Source: Acutalibacteraceae bacterium
Lineage (GTDB): Bacteria; Bacillota; Clostridia; Oscillospirales; Acutalibacteraceae
Assembly: GCA_045543675.1 (NCBI GenBank)
Contig: JAZPXM010000152.1
Location: 1-47,124 of the forward strand
Length of the DNA: 47,124 nt
Direction: 5' to 3'
Shown: positions 10,101-17,456 of the stretch, piece by piece
How positions within the stretch are numbered: the stretch's first letter is position 1
Layout: each line of letters opens with the position of its first letter
Made by a program: the position numbers and the translations under genes
The notes under the pieces: model-generated
What the model was told of the DNA's origin: nothing
What the model saw: only the letters and a program-made list of their open reading frames with translations
Databases searched by the model: none

Positions 10101-13100
10101 TTCGGGATATTGGTTTCCACAACGGTATAACGGGTCTCTTCGGGGATGTTTCTGACAATGAAGGACGCGCCTTCTTTAAGGGTAACGGTAAATTTACCGT
10201 TTGCAGGAACGGTTAACGTACCGTTTGTAGAATCAAACGTGCCGGATACGGGCGCGCCTGCCGCGTTGGTCAGGGTTACCTCTGCGGTAAACGTAACGCT
10301 ATCCGCAATATCTACGGGATTGCCGTTTACATCTTCCACCTGCTTAGTGATAACCAGATGCCCTTCACCGACAACGGTGTTAACAAAATCTACATCGTCA
10401 ATATAGTAGGCGGCAACGGTGTCCGTTGCAACAGTACCTGTGAACTGCCCGTCCACGTGTACCGATTTCACTTTATAATCAGCGTTATCGGATACTTCTT
10501 CAATGGTATAGGTAACACCCGTGGGCAGACCTACCAGCCATAAGGTCTCATCCGCCGCAAGATCAAACACGTGGGTGCCTTGTGCGGAGAAGGTAACCGC
10601 CGTGGGGGTGCCGCTCGGGGTCACGTCCAGCGCCGTCACATAGCTGTCAGCAGAACCCGTATAAGGCGTGCCGTTTGCGTTGCGCACGGTGACGCGGAAC
10701 GCAAAATCGGTGGACGTACCGCTTTCGTAAACGTCAATGGTCTTGGACAGTTTGATGCCCTGCGCAGGGGTAACTGCCAAAAGACCGTTGTTTCCAAGGT
10801 TCATATCCACATAGTGGGTATTATTCTGCTCGGTTAAATAGGGATAGAAGATCATATGTGCAGAGTCGGTCGCATTGACAGCCTTTTCTTCGCTGTACAT
10901 CTGCAGTTCACGTGCAGGCGTTCCCTCCGCAACCACGTACGCACCCGTCTGTCCGTCCAACGTTTTGAAAGTGGCATCCCACACCGCAGCGGAAATAGAA
11001 GCGGCAGACATTTTTTCATAGGTGAAAATAGGGGTAGAAACGCCTTCTTTGAAGGTATAACGGCGGTGATAATATTCGCCGCTCGGGTCAAGTGTTTCGT
11101 TGGCAACCAGTTCATAGGTGTTGCCGACTTTTTTATGCACCGCCGAGTCAAAAGTGTAATAAAACCGCTCGTTTTCCTTATTGGGGGTAAATTCCGCCAT
11201 AGCGGTCTTATGATGCTCGTGGTCAAGAGCGGAAATGTCGAAAGCGTTGTTCCAGAACAAACGCGTGTACCCGTCGTCCGCCACATGCGCTTCGTCACTC
11301 TTAGCGTCTTCTTGCGTTTCTGCAATACGGGTGATGTTAAACGCGTTCAGATCGGACCGCAAGCCCGTTTCATACACAAGGCGAATGGGAGAAACGTTTT
11401 CGTCCGCTAAGGACAACTGTACGTTGGTCGCGGTGTCCACGTTGGTGCCCTGCAAAGACACTTGATAGGTCACCATCGGTACCAAGGATGCAGGGATCTT
11501 CCACAAAACGGTCTGTTTGCCGGTTTCGATGTTGGTACGCACCTGCACCGACATATACATCATATCGCTGTTTTTAATGCTGCCCACCGTTTGGCCGAGG
11601 AAACCATAAGAACGGTTGATATACACCGCATCCGCAGGTTTCGCTTCGGTACCGTCTTCATCATAGAAACCGGCGTAGGTGCCGTCCGCTTTCGCGTACC
11701 ACGCGATATAGTTGGACCAGTTGTTCGCATCGGTATAATACAGTTGTTTATCCGCGTATGCTTTGGCAACCAGTGCCTGCGCATCGGCGGTTTCGGCAAT
11801 ACCCAGGCGGGTTTTCACGGCGCGGATAAATTCATCACCCAGCGCGGTGGGGGCGGCAGGGGTGCCGAGCCCTTCCTCGCTGTTGTCTGCAAGCTTAGAT
11901 GCCATCATATTGCCGTCAAACAAGGTATTGCCGAGCAAAATGCCGTTTACGTGTTTCACTTCCATATATTCGCCGAGCTCGTCGGTGAATTCCACGTAAC
12001 CCGAAAAATCGGGGTTGCCGCCCGCCAAATGGGTGGGATAATAGCGGGATTGCAGAATGATTTCTTCCACAATGGCGTCAAACGCGGAAGAAAGGCCGCT
12101 ATCCGCCGCGGAGAAATATTGATCCACGTAAGATTTGCTTGTCGCATAGGAGTTTTTGGCAATGGAAACGTTAGTATTGTTGCCGTTACGACCTTTGACG
12201 TTTACCGACATACTGCCGCCCGTCAGGCGGTTATAGGTCGCCCACAGCGTATCAGTAGCGGTGGATGCATCGGGGTTCATCACACTCTGCGCAAGGCTGT
12301 TTTCACCGATATTAAAGCCGAGCGTATAGAACAGACCGCGCACGTTAGCGTCCTTCTGCTGGTAGTGCGTTTCAATGCGGTTCATCACATACGAAGCGGT
12401 CAACTGCGTCAAAAATGCATTACCCGCCGTAAGTCCCGACTCATTGCCGTTGCCGACGTTAGACTCATATATGGTGCTGTAGTTGTAGGTATAACGGGAA
12501 TTTTCAACGTCATCATAGTAGGAAGTACCGGTCGAGGGGGCACCGTCGGACATCAACACCAAAATGGGCATACGGTCGTCGCCGGACTGCCAGTTGTTAT
12601 TGCCAATGACGGTATCCATTTCTTCGAACATTTCTTTGGCTTCCCAAAGGCCCGCCTGAATATAGGTGCCGCCGGCGAATTGTTTTGTGCGTCCCAGTTG
12701 GTTCTGGGGCGTATCAGCACCGACCACATCATCATCTACCGACACCGTTCTGCCGTTGAGCGAAAGATAGCGTCCGTCCGCCGCCGTGGTGTAACGGTCG
12801 ATAGGAAGAATACGGGTAACGCTTTCTTCGTAGGTGGAAGTGCCGGTCGTGGTGCTCGCGGAATACAGCACAACACCGACGCGGTTGTTATTATTCTCCG
12901 CGAGCAGTTTGCCGATAGCGTTGTTTGCCGCTGTAATAAGATCACCGTGTGCCCCTGCATTGCTCATAGATGCCGAAAGGTCCAGCACCAGCACCGTATC
13001 GGTCGGAATGCTGGAATAGCCGACGATTTCCTTGTTCGCCGCAATAGCAGAAAGTGCGGTCAGAAAATGGCGGTCTTTATCCTGCATCGTGATGCTGTTC

Positions 13101-13348
13101 GGGAACGCAGATGCATCGGTAAACACCGATTTATCGGTCCACACGCCGCCTGCATTCACGGTATCAAGATTATTTAAATCAAAATATTTTTTCCAGTTAT
13201 CCATCGTGCTTGCATCTGCTTCACGGTGGTAATGGTCGGACGATGCCGCCGCGACCGAAAAGGCGCCAAACGGCACCACGGACAATAAGAGCGCTACCGA
13301 CAGCGCAATGCTCAGTATCCGTCTTTTGAGAGTATTTGTGGTTTTCAT
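7106..13348 (-). CDS. Giant cell-surface adhesin: signal peptide, vWA domain, Cna-B/SpaA-like segments, about seven tandem Spy0128/FctA-type isopeptide domains, TVQTG sorting signal
   Basis: The signal peptide is MKTTNTLKRRILSIALSVALLLSVVPFGAFSVAAA, and the MIDAS motif is VLVLDLSASMS. Repeated units of about 125 aa carry a Lys...Glu...Asn pattern (GRKTI...VTEV...FENAY, with TVTVTDN cores). The C-terminus is PVPTPEPTPEPEIPTVQTGDG, then a hydrophobic helix, then RKKREEENA. Confidence 0.9.
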   Translation of the reverse strand: MKTTNTLKRRILSIALSVALLLSVVPFGAFSVAAASSDHYHREADASTMDNWKKYFDLNNLDTVNAGGVWTDKSVFTDASAFPNSITMQDKDRHFLTALSAIAANKEIVGYSSIPTDTVLVLDLSASMSNAGAHGDLITAANNAIGKLLAENNNNRVGVVLYSASTTTGTSTYEESVTRILPIDRYTTAADGRYLSLNGRTVSVDDDVVGADTPQNQLGRTKQFAGGTYIQAGLWEAKEMFEEMDTVIGNNNWQSGDDRMPILVLMSDGAPSTGTSYYDDVENSRYTYNYSTIYESNVGNGNESGLTAGNAFLTQLTASYVMNRIETHYQQKDANVRGLFYTLGFNIGENSLAQSVMNPDASTATDTLWATYNRLTGGSMSVNVKGRNGNNTNVSIAKNSYATSKSYVDQYFSAADSGLSSAFDAIVEEIILQSRYYPTHLAGGNPDFSGYVEFTDELGEYMEVKHVNGILLGNTLFDGNMMASKLADNSEEGLGTPAAPTALGDEFIRAVKTRLGIAETADAQALVAKAYADKQLYYTDANNWSNYIAWYAKADGTYAGFYDEDGTEAKPADAVYINRSYGFLGQTVGSIKNSDMMYMSVQVRTNIETGKQTVLWKIPASLVPMVTYQVSLQGTNVDTATNVQLSLADENVSPIRLVYETGLRSDLNAFNITRIAETQEDAKSDEAHVADDGYTRLFWNNAFDISALDHEHHKTAMAEFTPNKENERFYYTFDSAVHKKVGNTYELVANETLDPSGEYYHRRYTFKEGVSTPIFTYEKMSAASISAAVWDATFKTLDGQTGAYVVAEGTPARELQMYSEEKAVNATDSAHMIFYPYLTEQNNTHYVDMNLGNNGLLAVTPAQGIKLSKTIDVYESGTSTDFAFRVTVRNANGTPYTGSADSYVTALDVTPSGTPTAVTFSAQGTHVFDLAADETLWLVGLPTGVTYTIEEVSDNADYKVKSVHVDGQFTGTVATDTVAAYYIDDVDFVNTVVGEGHLVITKQVEDVNGNPVDIADSVTFTAEVTLTNAAGAPVSGTFDSTNGTLTVPANGKFTVTLKEGASFIVRNIPEETRYTVVETNIPNGFSLDAAKSVLSGVVDASANDQALIVNTYVPTDANGAGVDVKVTKRITGNRTDWVAGESYTFRLERLGNNADVLGTATIAAGDTAKEHLFSLANEVYETAGTYYYRLTELVGTQGGITYDTAERRFSVQVADADMDGDLEIVAVNNEMNTAVSGNWLVTADFNNVYAPTGSATAIVNIQKTMNGNHSLSGYRFALYDTNPATDANANALLTSVPTDAVGATTMRLTYSAADAGKTYTYYLAEVGRGELINNIRYDDAVYAVKVTVTDNLDGTLSAQTVITNLPAGTTVPVPTFENAYVPSASDYVTLSGRKTIDGDRVLNANEFAFEIKALTAGAPMPAETVVKNASNGAFSFGAIEFGDAHKGHTYEYTVTEVDTDKIGGFTYDGTVYTVTVTVTDNGDQTITASTVINNGTANVSDITFENAYDATDATVTLTGTKMLTGKVMQAAEFTFKLTAQTAGAPMPASATATNDANGNIAFGAITYAKAGTYVYTLAEVDGGDDRYDYDKSVYTVTVTVTDNSVGKLSAQVALVKNDMPATEIVFVNGFTPDPVQYNIHTDFGGEKVLDGRLLVDGEFEFALINAINGTQIGETVKNAADGTFRFPAVTIAAAGIHHYKITEVIGGAKGVSYDTSSYHIRLEVVQNAQGALEIADKQLHKGVVEKKEVGGVLTEVTTYTQLTGTNAVIRFNNTYKADAVNVTLTATKILQGRDLVDGEFKFDLYKTDSTYALDGMTPVQDDVVLKLNADGKGDITFATETFDAVGTYHYVIVEDEADAKGVTADKTAYQVEITVTDNHAGNLVAALKVNGQAVNGALADTITFENVYKAAATEIVISGKKTLEGRDLAANEFSFELYDARGAEIETVKNAADGKFVFTAIPIDTAGEYVYTVREVKGEDTTITYDETVYTVKAAVTDNLDGTFAVTYTYLKGQAAANGVTFVNVYTAPPVPTPEPTPEPEIPTVQTGDGMQYGLLAALLFVSCGGMLFGFRKKREEENA

Positions 13349-13360
13349 GGTATTGCCCCC

Positions 13361-14062
13361 TTAGTTCCTTAACAAGTCCAAAAGTGCTTGCTCGTTTGCT
13401 TCTTCTACATATGTTTTAAATTCTTTCAGCGCTTTGCGCCCGATACTTCGGTAATCCATCGCAAGCAGTTTTTTAATTTTCTTTTGCTTAATGTCTTCCG
13501 GCACGGCAAAAATGCTTAAGATCGTTTCCAGCGCACCGCTGATGCGTATCGCCAGCGGCACATTCTCCCCCGCTGTCATAAAGGTCGCATACTCGACCCC
13601 TGACACCAGCACCTCCGCTTCCACGAAATCTACATCGGTCCAGTCGGGACGGTATATGCCGAACACTTTTTTCGCGCGCTCCGCATCGTTCTTGCGAATA
13701 ACCGCAAGTGCCAACGGCGCGGTATACGCAGAAAGGAAAAAGTCCTTTGCAACAGGGTCTTCTTCACACATCACCGCTAAAGCGGCAAGTTCCAGGCATA
13801 TCGCCATAATGGAACTGTATCCTTCCTGTGCCTCCTCTTCCATCAGTTTCCACTGGAAATCACAAAACAGCTCCACCAACGTGGTCAGCAGATGTTCTTT
13901 CGTCGGAAAATAGAAGGTTAAATTCCCTGTACTCATATCCAAATCGTTACAGATGCTCTTTGCTGAAGTATTGGTATACCCGTTTTCCAAAAAGTGTCGG
14001 CTCGCCGCCTGGATAATTTCAAGTTTTGTCAGTGCGCTCTTATTTATGCGCGCCATAGACAT
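13361..14062 (-). CDS. TetR/AcrR-family transcriptional regulator
   Basis: N-terminal TetR HTH (LEIIQAASRHFLENGYTNTSAKSICNDLDMSTGNLTFYFPTKEHLL). Its stop lies 12 nt upstream of the adhesin start on the same strand. Confidence 0.85.
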   Translation of the reverse strand: MSMARINKSALTKLEIIQAASRHFLENGYTNTSAKSICNDLDMSTGNLTFYFPTKEHLLTTLVELFCDFQWKLMEEEAQEGYSSIMAICLELAALAVMCEEDPVAKDFFLSAYTAPLALAVIRKNDAERAKKVFGIYRPDWTDVDFVEAEVLVSGVEYATFMTAGENVPLAIRISGALETILSIFAVPEDIKQKKIKKLLAMDYRSIGRKALKEFKTYVEEANEQALLDLLRN

Positions 14063-14116
14063 TTCCCCTTTCGTACATTAAAAACATTGCACACATACTA
14101 TCTTTTTGTTACACCC

Positions 14117-14147
14117 AAATTTTAGCACGCGTGCTAAAATTTGTCAA
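14117..14147 (-). promoter_or_regulatory. Sigma-A-type promoter of the tetR-adhesin operon with an embedded 26-bp perfect palindrome (candidate TetR operator)
   Basis: The minus strand reads TTGACA-17 nt-TAAAAT (14147-14142 and 14124-14119). The palindrome aaattttagcacg|cgtgctaaaattt occupies 14117-14142, covering the spacer and the -10 element. Confidence 0.7.
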
Positions 14148-14217
14148 TACCCTAAAATAAAAAATTGAAAATTTTTCTGCGGCGTTTTTCGACACCGTAT
14201 TACCCGCCCGAAAACAC

Positions 14218-14258
14218 GAAACCGTCGGTACAATTCAAAAGTGTACCGACGGTTTTCT
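14218..14258 (-). terminator. Terminator after the znu operon
   Basis: accgtcggtaca / tgtaccgacggt 12-bp stem directly after the znuB stop, with T-rich tracts on both sides. Confidence 0.75.
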
Positions 14259-14259
14259 T

Positions 14260-15087
14260 TTACTTGTGTATTTTACTGATGACCGATGTTACGGCGAACG
14301 CTATCCCGTTTGCCACCACAACGGTAGACCCTGCGGGGAAGTTCAAAAAATGTGCGACGACTGTGCCCAAGCAGAAACAAGCGAGTGAGACAACGGCGGC
14401 GGTTATTACCACGCTTTTGAAACTCTTGCATACCCGCATAGCCGTCAGCGCAGGAAAAATCACCAACGCGGTGATAAGCAACGTACCCATCATCCGCATA
14501 CCCAGCACCACCGTTACCGCGGTGGTAGCGGCAATGACCGTGTTGTACACCGTCACAGGCATACCGCCCGCTTTGGCAAACGTCTCGTCGAAGGTGACCG
14601 CAAACAATTTGTGATAAAACAGTAAAAAGAAGAGCAGCACCGCGATGCAAATTCCTACAGACAACCACGCATCCGTGTCACGAATGGTAAACATATTACC
14701 GAACATATACGCAGAAATATCCACGTTAGTGCCTGCACGGTACAGAAAGATATAGCCGACAGCGAGCGACAACGTGGCGATAACGCCGATAGCGGCGTCT
14801 CCTTTCACCCCTGCGCCCGTACCCAACCGCAACAGCAAAAAAGCGGCAAGCATAACAACGGGAATAGCGATAAATAACTGCAGATCCAATACGTTCAGCG
14901 CCGCGGCAATCGCCATAGCGGCAAAACCGACGTGGGATAACCCGTCACCGATCATCGAATAGCGTTTTAGCACTAAGGTGACACCGAGCAAAGCGGCACA
15001 CAGCGATACCAGACCGCCTACCAGCAACGCCCTGCTCACAAACGGCAACGCGAAAAAGGCGGCAAGTTCCGCAAAAAACATACTCAT
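14260..15087 (-). CDS. znuB: Metal (zinc) ABC transporter permease, ABC-3 family
   Basis: Polytopic ABC-3 type permease, in an operon with an ATPase, a His-rich substrate-binding protein (SBP) and a Fur-family regulator. Confidence 0.8.
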   Translation of the reverse strand: MSMFFAELAAFFALPFVSRALLVGGLVSLCAALLGVTLVLKRYSMIGDGLSHVGFAAMAIAAALNVLDLQLFIAIPVVMLAAFLLLRLGTGAGVKGDAAIGVIATLSLAVGYIFLYRAGTNVDISAYMFGNMFTIRDTDAWLSVGICIAVLLFFLLFYHKLFAVTFDETFAKAGGMPVTVYNTVIAATTAVTVVLGMRMMGTLLITALVIFPALTAMRVCKSFKSVVITAAVVSLACFCLGTVVAHFLNFPAGSTVVVANGIAFAVTSVISKIHK

Positions 15088-15788
15088 TCCGCGTCGCCCC
15101 CTTCCAAAAACCGCCTGCCTTGTTCACTTGCCGCGTAATCGGCGGCGGTGCCGAAAAACAACGGACGGCGGCGCAGATGCAAAATATGGGTTGCGTATTT
15201 GACGGCGGCGGGAATATCGTGAGAGATCATCACAATGGTGACACCGCTTTGATGCAGTTTTTTAATGGTCGCGTATAACGATGCGGTCATTGTCGGGTCA
15301 AGACCTGCCACCGGCTCGTCCAGCAATAACAGTTTGTCGGTAGCGCACATCGCACGGGCGAGCAACACACGCTGTTGCTGGCCGCCGGACAACGATTTAT
15401 ACGCGGCATCTTTAATATCTTCAATTTCCAGTAATTGAAATGCGTGTTCCAACTTTTCTTTTTCCGCACGGGTGTAAAACGGGCGGAAAATACCGCCGCG
15501 CAGCCCCGATTGGACCACTTCTTTCACCGTGGCGGGAAAGTCACTGCCCACCGCTGTTTGTTGCGGCATATAGCCGATCTGACGGCGAGTAAGCCCGTTT
15601 TCAAAGCAGATATGCCCGTCAAGTGGCTTTTTCAGTCCCAAAAGCGCACGCATAAACGTGCTTTTGCCCGACCCGTTTTCGCCGACGATACATACGTAAT
15701 CGCCTGCATGCACTTCCATGCCAAGGTCCTCCACAACCGTTCTGCCCTCGTAACCGAGCGCTACGTCGTGGCACAGTATTAAACGCAT
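15084..15788 (-). CDS. znuC: Metal (zinc) ABC transporter ATP-binding protein
   Basis: Walker A is GENGSGKST, the signature is LSGGQQQR and Walker B is LLLLDEP. There is a 4-nt overlap with the permease gene. Confidence 0.85.
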   Translation of the reverse strand: MRLILCHDVALGYEGRTVVEDLGMEVHAGDYVCIVGENGSGKSTFMRALLGLKKPLDGHICFENGLTRRQIGYMPQQTAVGSDFPATVKEVVQSGLRGGIFRPFYTRAEKEKLEHAFQLLEIEDIKDAAYKSLSGGQQQRVLLARAMCATDKLLLLDEPVAGLDPTMTASLYATIKKLHQSGVTIVMISHDIPAAVKYATHILHLRRRPLFFGTAADYAASEQGRRFLEGGDAE

Positions 15789-16687
15789 TAGTGTAGCGCC
15801 TCCTTTAACGCGGCAAGATTTTTTTGCATCAGCGAGAGATAGGTTTCGCCCGCTTCAAAATCGGTTTTGGACAGATTGTGACAACTGTGAAAAGTGGATA
15901 CCGTTGCACCCGTACTTTCCGCTATGGTGTGCGCAACACCGCCTGCCGACATTTCCATTTTGAAAACGACGGGGATATTTTCCGCTTTTACCGTTGCGAT
16001 CAACGCCGCCACGTCAGCACTGGACGGCTCTGTAGATGCGGCACACCCTGCAAATGCGGCGTGGTACGAAAGACCGTACGCTTCGCAGAAATACAGAAGC
16101 GGGAAACGGTCACCGACCACAATGGTCTTACGGTTGCCGTCCTGTACCGTTTCTCTGAAAGCGGTGTCTAATGCGCGCAATGCATCTGTATACACGGCAA
16201 GATTTTCGCGGTACGTGTCGGCATTTGCCGTATCCAGCGTACATAATTCTTCACATAATGTGGTTGCAATGGCTATCGCATTGACAGGGGACGTCCATAC
16301 GTGTTCGTCATACCCATGGTCGTGTTCTGCGTGTTCCGCGTGGGGCTCTGCCATATCGAGCAATTTTAAAACGGTTTTGTTTTCGGTGTCCACCGTTTCC
16401 AGCGTTTTATCTATCCAACTGTCCGATTCACCGCCGACGTATACAAACATATCCGCCGCGTGGATAGCGGCAATATCCTTAGAAGACGGGTCATAATCGT
16501 GGCTTTCCTGCCCGGGACGCAGTAAGAGCGTGAGCGCAACGTCTGTACCTTTGGTGATCTCTCGCAAAAAATCATACTGCGGGAAAGCGGAACAAACGAT
16601 TTTTACTGCATCGGTATCGGTACTGCCGCATCCGACGAGACCGATACATACGCATACAGCCAAAATAAGGCATACTACTTTTTTCAT
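15788..16687 (-). CDS. znuA: Metal (zinc) ABC transporter substrate-binding lipoprotein
   Basis: The lipobox is LVGCGS, and the fold is ZnuA/TroA-like. The His/acidic-rich loop EPHAEHAEHDHGYDEH is typical of zinc-specific ZnuA proteins. Confidence 0.85.
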   Translation of the reverse strand: MKKVVCLILAVCVCIGLVGCGSTDTDAVKIVCSAFPQYDFLREITKGTDVALTLLLRPGQESHDYDPSSKDIAAIHAADMFVYVGGESDSWIDKTLETVDTENKTVLKLLDMAEPHAEHAEHDHGYDEHVWTSPVNAIAIATTLCEELCTLDTANADTYRENLAVYTDALRALDTAFRETVQDGNRKTIVVGDRFPLLYFCEAYGLSYHAAFAGCAASTEPSSADVAALIATVKAENIPVVFKMEMSAGGVAHTIAESTGATVSTFHSCHNLSKTDFEAGETYLSLMQKNLAALKEALH

Positions 16688-17094
16688 ACGGAATCCTTTC
16701 TGCGGCAGTTTTCACACCTGCCGAATAACACGGTCTGTTTTTCGTCTACTGCAAAATGACTGCCGCGCAATACGTTGCGTAGCACAGCGGCAGATGCATC
16801 GTCGTTTAAATGCAACAATTTACCGCAATCGGTGCATTTTAAGTGCAGATGCTCGTCACAATGACGGCATCCCACCGCCTGATATACAGCCGTGCGGGAC
16901 TTTTCCTTATAAAACCGCTTTACTTCGCCCGATTGCACCAACGCAGGCAACAAACGGTACAGCGTACTTTTCCCCACGCCGTTTTCACCGCCCAATGCCA
17001 CCGCCAACGCATCCACCGTAAACGCGGTTTCGGCATTTTCGCGCAAAAAAGCAATAAGCGTTTGTTTTTGTGCGGTACGGTAGGTCATATCCAT
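16684..17094 (-). CDS. zur: Fur-family repressor, probably Zur
   Basis: Winged-helix N-terminal domain with CxxC...CxxC motifs (CRHCDEH, CTDCG, CENC). The ATG at 17094 (MDMTYRTAQ) follows GGAGG, and the longer track ORF lacks an RBS. Context is the znu operon. Confidence 0.75.
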   Translation of the reverse strand: MDMTYRTAQKQTLIAFLRENAETAFTVDALAVALGGENGVGKSTLYRLLPALVQSGEVKRFYKEKSRTAVYQAVGCRHCDEHLHLKCTDCGKLLHLNDDASAAVLRNVLRGSHFAVDEKQTVLFGRCENCRRKDSV

Positions 17095-17100
17095 TCCTCC

Positions 17101-17155
17101 AAATTGAGAATGAGTCTCAATTTGGGATTGTAACACATTGTCCGCCGTTTTGCAA
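17101..17155 (-). promoter_or_regulatory. zur-znuACB promoter (TTGCAA-17-TACAAT) with a 9-5-9 inverted repeat Zur/Fur-type box
   Basis: AAATTGAGA-atgag-TCTCAATTT at 17101-17123 has perfect arms and lies 3 nt downstream of the -10 (attgta at 17127-17132 on the plus strand). The -35 is at 17150-17155. Confidence 0.7.
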
Positions 17156-17183
17156 CAGCGAAAGACACATTTTGCAAAAAATA

Positions 17184-17211
17184 TTGACAAAGATAATAAA
17201 TATGGTATATT
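17184..17211 (+). promoter_or_regulatory. Promoter for the lysine riboswitch/transporter transcript
   Basis: TTGACA (17184-17189), a 16-nt spacer, then TGgTATATT as an extended -10 (17206-17211). Confidence 0.6.
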
Positions 17212-17222
17212 TAGTACATAAA

Positions 17223-17428
17223 AGATAGAGGTTGCGACGTTTAAGAGTACCGAAAGGGTAAGCGGAAATCGACTTTCGGAAAAGGAAACGCCGCCGAAGT
17301 ATACGTTTGGTTTTCCGACGGACGTATGCTGGGATACGGGAAAATATGCCGTATACTGTCACAGTAGTGGAGCGCTATCGGCAAAAACTTGTTTATGCCG
17401 TAGCATTTTGCTGCGGCCTTTTTCTTTT
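17223..17428 (+). promoter_or_regulatory. Lysine riboswitch (L-box) with terminator-type expression platform
   Basis: L-box hallmarks appear in order: GATAGAGGTTGCGA, AGAGTA, GAAAGGG, GCCGCCGAAG, CTGTCA, GGAGCGCTATC (closing P1). They are followed by the hairpin ccgtagc-atttt-gctgcgg and cctttttctttt. Confidence 0.8.
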
Positions 17429-17456
17429 GAAAAATACATATGGAGGGAAATCCAAG

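Noticed and set aside
11462-13177. 571-aa plus-strand ORF, together with the 8192-9109 (305 aa) and 10856-11410 ORFs, inside the adhesin gene
   Set aside because: These are antisense shadow ORFs of a long, compositionally biased, repeat-rich gene. Their translations are low-complexity (rich in R/G/H/I/V) with no motifs, RBS or sensible starts, whereas the minus-strand frame has clear domain content.
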